Assembly: GCA_034667685.1 (NCBI GenBank)
Contig: JAXDQU010000098.1
Location: 1 to 28,187 of the forward strand
Length of the DNA stretch: 28,187 bases
Reading direction: 5' to 3'
From: Thermoplasmata archaeon
GTDB lineage: Archaea > Thermoplasmatota > SW-10-69-26 > JACQPN01 > JAJPHT01
The notes under the pieces were generated by a model. That model worked only from the letters and a program-made list of their open reading frames with translations. It was not told the origin of the DNA and made no database searches. The translations under genes were made by a program, and so were the position numbers. This document shows, piece after piece, positions 23,738-28,187 of this stretch (within the stretch, counting starts at the first letter, position 1; each line of letters starts with the position of its first letter).

Positions 23738-24685
23738 ATGATTCGCTTGGCCGTCCCCCGGCTCGTGAGGCCCTTCGCCTGCCTTCTCGTGGCGCTCGCC
23801 CTGCCCCTCGTGGCGGCGCAGCCCCTGCCGCAGCAGCAGGCGAACGCGGCGCAGGTCTCGGGCTTTCTGGAGGACCCGGGCCATCCGCTCGGTCCGGGCG
23901 CGAACGAGACGATCGTGCTGAGGATCCACTACGTCTGGAGCGAGGCCTCCGTGGCGCAGCCGAATCCCGACAGCGGCGACCTGACGAACTCGAGCACCGC
24001 GCCCACGAAGATCACCTACGTCCCGAAGGCGATCCCCACGTGGATCGACAACGTGAGCTTCGATCCGCCCGTCACCTGGGCCCCCTCCACCGCCAACGGC
24101 GCGCCCCTCGCGCCGGGCGCCTCCGAGGAGCTCAAGGTCAACGTGATCCTCCACGTCAAGCCCGGCGCGCCCGCGCTCAACCACCAGAACCTGACCATCT
24201 CGCTCCATGCGGACGCCAACGGCGCCACCGGCGCGGCGGACGGCACCACGACCGAGTTGATGCTGCGTCCCGCCGACAACCCCGCGATCAAGATCGAGCC
24301 CAAGGGCGGCAACACGACCGCGGTCAAGGGCGGCCGCGGCGTGCCCATCACCTTCCTCGTCCACAACGTGGGCAACGACGAGACGACCGTGCAGCTCAAC
24401 GTGAGCACCCGCCCCCAGGACAGCATCGTCGACTTCCCGCCTGTGGTCACGCTGCGCCCGGGCGAGACGCAGCCCGTCGACGTCGTCCTGCGCGTCCCCT
24501 GGACCTACGGCGAGGAGGGCTCGCTGGAGCTCTCCGGCACGCCCGTCTCGGGCGACGCGACCGGCGCCGTCGCGAAGGCCACCGTCGACGTCGTGGGCCA
24601 GTCCGCCGTGCCGAGCGTCGAGCCGCTCCTGCTTCTGACGGGCATCGGGCTGCTCGCGTTGTTCCACCGCAGGCGGGTCGCCTAG
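23738..24685 (+). CDS. Secreted Ig-like surface protein with VPXXXP-CTERM-like anchor
   Basis: Signal peptide; VHNVGN-type Ig/CARDB-like domain; C-terminus VPSVEP + TM helix + HRRR. Confidence 0.72.
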   Translation: MIRLAVPRLVRPFACLLVALALPLVAAQPLPQQQANAAQVSGFLEDPGHPLGPGANETIVLRIHYVWSEASVAQPNPDSGDLTNSSTAPTKITYVPKAIPTWIDNVSFDPPVTWAPSTANGAPLAPGASEELKVNVILHVKPGAPALNHQNLTISLHADANGATGAADGTTTELMLRPADNPAIKIEPKGGNTTAVKGGRGVPITFLVHNVGNDETTVQLNVSTRPQDSIVDFPPVVTLRPGETQPVDVVLRVPWTYGEEGSLELSGTPVSGDATGAVAKATVDVVGQSAVPSVEPLLLLTGIGLLALFHRRRVA

Positions 24686-24782
24686 TTTTCCCTGTGGAGC
24701 ATAGTTTCGACTCCACGGAGACGTTCCACGCATCTTTATGCCGGAGCCACGGCTCTCGTGGCCATTCCGAGGAGGGTTGCAC

Positions 24783-26987
24783 ACGGCCAAGACCGTCGCC
24801 GAGGAGCTCGCGAAGAAACAGAAGGAGATCAGCGTCTCCGAGTTCTTCGAGCGGAACAAGCACATCCTGGGCTTCGACAGCGCCGTCCGCGCGCTCATCA
24901 CCTCCATCAAGGAGGCGGTGGACAACGCGCTGGACGCCTGCGAGGAAGCCTCGATCCTGCCCGACCTGTACGTCGAGATCCAGCGCACCGGCCCCGCGGC
25001 CAAGCTGGGCCAGAACGAGGAGCTGGTGATGATCGTCGAGGACAACGGCCCCGGCATCGTCAAGCAGCAGATCGGCAACATCTTCGGCAGGCTGCTCTAC
25101 GGCTCGCGCTTCCACGCGATCCGCCAGAGCCGCGGTCAGCAGGGCATCGGCATCTCGGCCACCGTGATGTACGGCCAGCTCACGACGGGCAAGCCCGCGA
25201 TCGTCTACAGCAAGATCGGCGAGAAGCAGCCGGTCATCCTGACGCACCTGAAGCTCGACACGCGCAACAACCGCCCGGACGTGCTCAAGCAGGAGCCCGT
25301 GTTCGGCGACGAGCGCTGGGCGGCGAAGGAGCACGGCACGCGCATCGAGGTCGCGATGGTCGGCAAGTACCAGCGCGGCGCGCAGTCGATCTTCGAGTAC
25401 CTGCGCTCCACGGCCATCGTCAACCCGCACGCGCGCATCACGTTCAAGGAACCGGACGGCACGACCACCGTCTTCGAGCGCGCGACCGACATCCTCCCGC
25501 CGCCCGCCAAGGAGATCAAGCCTCACCCCGAGGGCATCGAGCTGGGCACGCTCCTGAAGATGGCGAAGAACACCTCCGCCAAGACGCTCACCACGTTCCT
25601 CCAGGAGGAGTTCAGCCGCGTCTCCGCGGAGAAGGCCAAGGAGATGTGCGACGCCGCGAAACTCTCCTCGCACCTGAGCATGGAGAAGTTCGACCTCGAC
25701 GAGGCGAAGGCGCTCCTCGCCGCGATCCCGAACGTGAAGCTCCTGCCCCCGCCCACGGACTGCCTCAGCCCCATCGGCGAGGTCCTCGTGCGCAAGGGCC
25801 TGAAGAAGGAGCTGCCCGACTGCGAGTTCATCGCCACCGTCACGCGCCCGGCCAGCGTCTACAGCGGCCGCCCGTTCGTCGTCGAGGCGGGCCTCGCGTA
25901 CGGTGGCGGCCTTCCCAAGGACGAGCCGGTGCGCATCATCCGCTTCGCCAACCGCGTGCCGCTCCTCTACCAGAAGGGCGCGTGCGTCTCCACGGGCAGC
26001 GTCGAGGCGATGGACTGGCGCCGCTACGAACTGGAGCAGCGCGGCGGCAAGGGCGTCCCCATCGGGCCCGTCGTGCTCCTCGTCCACGTCGCGTCGGTCA
26101 ACGTGCCCTTCACATCGGAAGCGAAGGAAGCCATCGCGGACATCGACCAGATCCGCAACGAGGTCGTCCTCGCGCTGCGCGAGTGCGCGCGCAAGATGGG
26201 CTCGCACGTGCGCAAGAAGGCCAAGCTGGCGCGCATGAAGGAGAAGGAGGAGGTCATCCGCAAGCTGATCCCGAAGATCGCGGAGAAGGCCGCCGCCATC
26301 ACGGGGAAGCCCGTGCCGAACTACGAGCTGGTGATCGCGCGCATCATGAACAACATGATGATCACGGACCAGATCGAGGCGCTCCCGAAGAAGGGGCTGA
26401 AGGTCTCGATCACGCTCACGAACTACTGCAACTTCGGCAAGACGTTCACGCTCTACAGCGCGATCCCGCACAACGTCGCGCCCACTGAAGTCACGCCCGA
26501 GCCGGAGAAGCTGGAGGACGGCTTGATCCAATGGAAGGTCAAGCGCATCCCCACCGGCGAGAAGGAGGTCGTGAGCTTCCTGCTCCCCGGCCTCGACGCC
26601 ACCGACTTCGACGAGACGGACCTCTATGTCAAGGGCATCGACGAGGAATTGGTCATCGGCGCCGAGCCGTGGAAGGGCAAGGAGGAGCTTCCGCGCATCG
26701 AGGTCGAGTCGGTCAAGACGATCAGCGCCGAAGGCGTCGTCACCGAAGGCATCGTCGACAAGGACGAGCCCGAGATCGCCAACGCCGACATGGAGGAGGA
26801 CCTCGAAGCCGAGAAGGGGCTATCCAAAGCCAAGGGCAAGAAGGAGGTCGAGCTCGCGGCCAAGGACGCCCGTCCGAAGGCCGCCCCCGCGGCGAAGAAG
26901 AAGGGCACTGCGTTCCCGATGCCGAAGGCCGCGGTCGCGCAGCAGAAGGCCGCCGCCGCGGCCAAGAAGAAGGGAGGGAAGAAGTAG
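24783..26987 (+). CDS. top6B: DNA topoisomerase VI subunit B (start uncertain: ACG 24783, TTG 24777 or ATG 24738)
   Basis: [61 protein letters not shown]. Confidence 0.95.
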   Translation, partial: TAKTVAEELAKKQKEISVSEFFERNKHILGFDSAVRALITSIKEAVDNALDACEEASILPDLYVEIQRTGPAAKLGQNEELVMIVEDNGPGIVKQQIGNIFGRLLYGSRFHAIRQSRGQQGIGISATVMYGQLTTGKPAIVYSKIGEKQPVILTHLKLDTRNNRPDVLKQEPVFGDERWAAKEHGTRIEVAMVGKYQRGAQSIFEYLRSTAIVNPHARITFKEPDGTTTVFERATDILPPPAKEIKPHPEGIELGTLLKMAKNTSAKTLTTFLQEEFSRVSAEKAKEMCDAAKLSSHLSMEKFDLDEAKALLAAIPNVKLLPPPTDCLSPIGEVLVRKGLKKELPDCEFIATVTRPASVYSGRPFVVEAGLAYGGGLPKDEPVRIIRFANRVPLLYQKGACVSTGSVEAMDWRRYELEQRGGKGVPIGPVVLLVHVASVNVPFTSEAKEAIADIDQIRNEVVLALRECARKMGSHVRKKAKLARMKEKEEVIRKLIPKIAEKAAAITGKPVPNYELVIARIMNNMMITDQIEALPKKGLKVSITLTNYCNFGKTFTLYSAIPHNVAPTEVTPEPEKLEDGLIQWKVKRIPTGEKEVVSFLLPGLDATDFDETDLYVKGIDEELVIGAEPWKGKEELPRIEVESVKTISAEGVVTEGIVDKDEPEIANADMEEDLEAEKGLSKAKGKKEVELAAKDARPKAAPAAKKKGTAFPMPKAAVAQQKAAAAAKKKGGKK

Positions 26988-28121
26988 ATGGCGAAGAAGA
27001 AGGCCGCGAAGGCGGACACGAGCGCGCCGATCACCGAGCGCCAGAAGGCCGCGATGGTCGAGCTCAACAAGATCGCCGAGTCGATCTACGAGGACTTCGC
27101 GCACAGCCGCATCCCGAACCTCGAGCTCTCCGTGCGCAGCAAGAGCAACATCCAGTTCGAGGACGAGCTCAACGTCTGGAAGTACGGCGAGAGCACCACC
27201 GAGCGCAGCGCCAAGAAGACCGACGGCGCCTACATGCTGCTCCGGACGATGTACCTGGCCGAGTTCATCAAGCAGATGATCAACGAGTCCAAGTCGTCCA
27301 CGCTTCGTGAGACCTACTACATCAGCGAAGGGTGGGACCTCGCCAAGTTCCATGACCAGTCGGAGTCCGACAAGCTCGCCGAGGACCTGGAGATCATCAC
27401 GCTCTGCCTGCGCGAGGACTTCAAGCTCCGCCCCGAGGAGAGCGGCGCCTCGATGCTGGGCAACATCACGTTCGAGGAGATCACGCGCGACGGCAACCGC
27501 AAGCGGTTCAACTGCCGCGACGACGTGGGCGACGCGGGCTACACGATCCCCTTCAACGTCGAGAAGGAGAAGCTGAAGATCCTCGACCACGACGCCGACT
27601 TCATCGTCGCCATCGAGACGGGCGGTATGTACGACCGCCTCATCGAGAACCGCTTCGACGAGACGAACCGCGCGATCCTCATGCACCTCAAGGGCCAGCC
27701 CGCGCGCAGCACGCGCCGGCTCCTGAAGCGTATCAACGAGGAGACGAACCTCCCCGTGGTCGTCTTCACCGACGGCGACCCGTGGTCGTTCCGCATCTTC
27801 GCCTCGGTGGCCTACGGCGCCATCAAGACCGCGCACATCTCGGAGTACCTCGCCACGCCCAGCGCGCGCTACCTCGGCATCACGCCCTCCGACATCGTCA
27901 ACTACGACCTGCCCAGCGACAAGCTCTCGGAGCAGGACGTCAAGGCGCTCGAAGCCGAGCTCACCGACCCGCGCTTCGCCGACGACTGGTGGAAGGGCGA
28001 GATCGAGCTGCAGCTGAGCCTCCAGAAGAAGAGCGAACAGCAGGCGCTCGCGAAGTATGGCCTGGACTTCGTGACGGATCGCTATCTGCCGGAGAAGCTC
28101 GGCGAGATGGGGATCCTCTAG
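26988..28121 (+). CDS. top6A: DNA topoisomerase VI subunit A
   Basis: STLRETYY (catalytic Tyr region), [22 protein letters not shown] Toprim motifs, KKSEQQAL. Confidence 0.97.
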   Translation: MAKKKAAKADTSAPITERQKAAMVELNKIAESIYEDFAHSRIPNLELSVRSKSNIQFEDELNVWKYGESTTERSAKKTDGAYMLLRTMYLAEFIKQMINESKSSTLRETYYISEGWDLAKFHDQSESDKLAEDLEIITLCLREDFKLRPEESGASMLGNITFEEITRDGNRKRFNCRDDVGDAGYTIPFNVEKEKLKILDHDADFIVAIETGGMYDRLIENRFDETNRAILMHLKGQPARSTRRLLKRINEETNLPVVVFTDGDPWSFRIFASVAYGAIKTAHISEYLATPSARYLGITPSDIVNYDLPSDKLSEQDVKALEAELTDPRFADDWWKGEIELQLSLQKKSEQQALAKYGLDFVTDRYLPEKLGEMGIL

Positions 28122-28135
28122 AACCTGCTGCGAGG

Positions 28136-28151
28136 TCTTTCTTTTCATTTC
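28136..28151 (+). terminator. Oligo-T archaeal terminator after top6A
   Basis: TCTTTCTTTTCATTTC about 15 nt after the stop. Confidence 0.55.
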
Positions 28152-28187
28152 TGCGTGGCGCTTCGCTTGCCGCCATCACGCGAACAC

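Noticed and set aside
1-28187. CRISPR array, IS element, tRNA intron, intein, or Sec/Pyl readthrough
   Set aside because: No regularly spaced repeats, transposase or integrase motifs, intron insertions or in-frame stops within conserved genes were seen.

Overview
GC-rich archaeal chromosomal segment, most likely an uncultured Thermoplasmatota outside the Thermoplasmatales. This is inferred from PAN, topoisomerase VI A/B, aMBF1, SRP19, eS8, Lsm, type II MetAP, a DUF6015-like gene, GAGGTGA/GGAGG SD sites and TATA-type promoters. 1-7479 is a bacterial-like small-molecule response block: two ArsR-SRPBCC operons with palindromic operators, a DHFR-like protein, MFS exporter, alpha/beta hydrolase, lipoprotein, SnoaL-like and VOC genes, ending at tRNA-Asn(GTT). 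7697-9063 is a two-gene operon of paralogous LEA/apolipoprotein-like helical proteins; the first is fused to a YqjE/holin-like membrane domain and apparently starts at AUU. It is divergent from a compact UvrD helicase. 10861-18602 is a cell-surface cluster: secreted Ser/Thr-rich protein, tRNA-Leu(GAG), a minimal A24 prepilin-peptidase-like gene with a non-GxGD motif, two tandem type IV pilins, a ~1387-aa PGF-CTERM S-layer-like glycoprotein and an EarA-family regulator. 18559-28121 is housekeeping, including an apparently degenerate Sua5/TsaC paralog, a possible structured ncRNA after lsm, a VPXXXP-CTERM-like surface protein and top6B/top6A. No integrase, transposase or CRISPR array was seen. 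All assignments come from motif recognition by eye; no searches were run.
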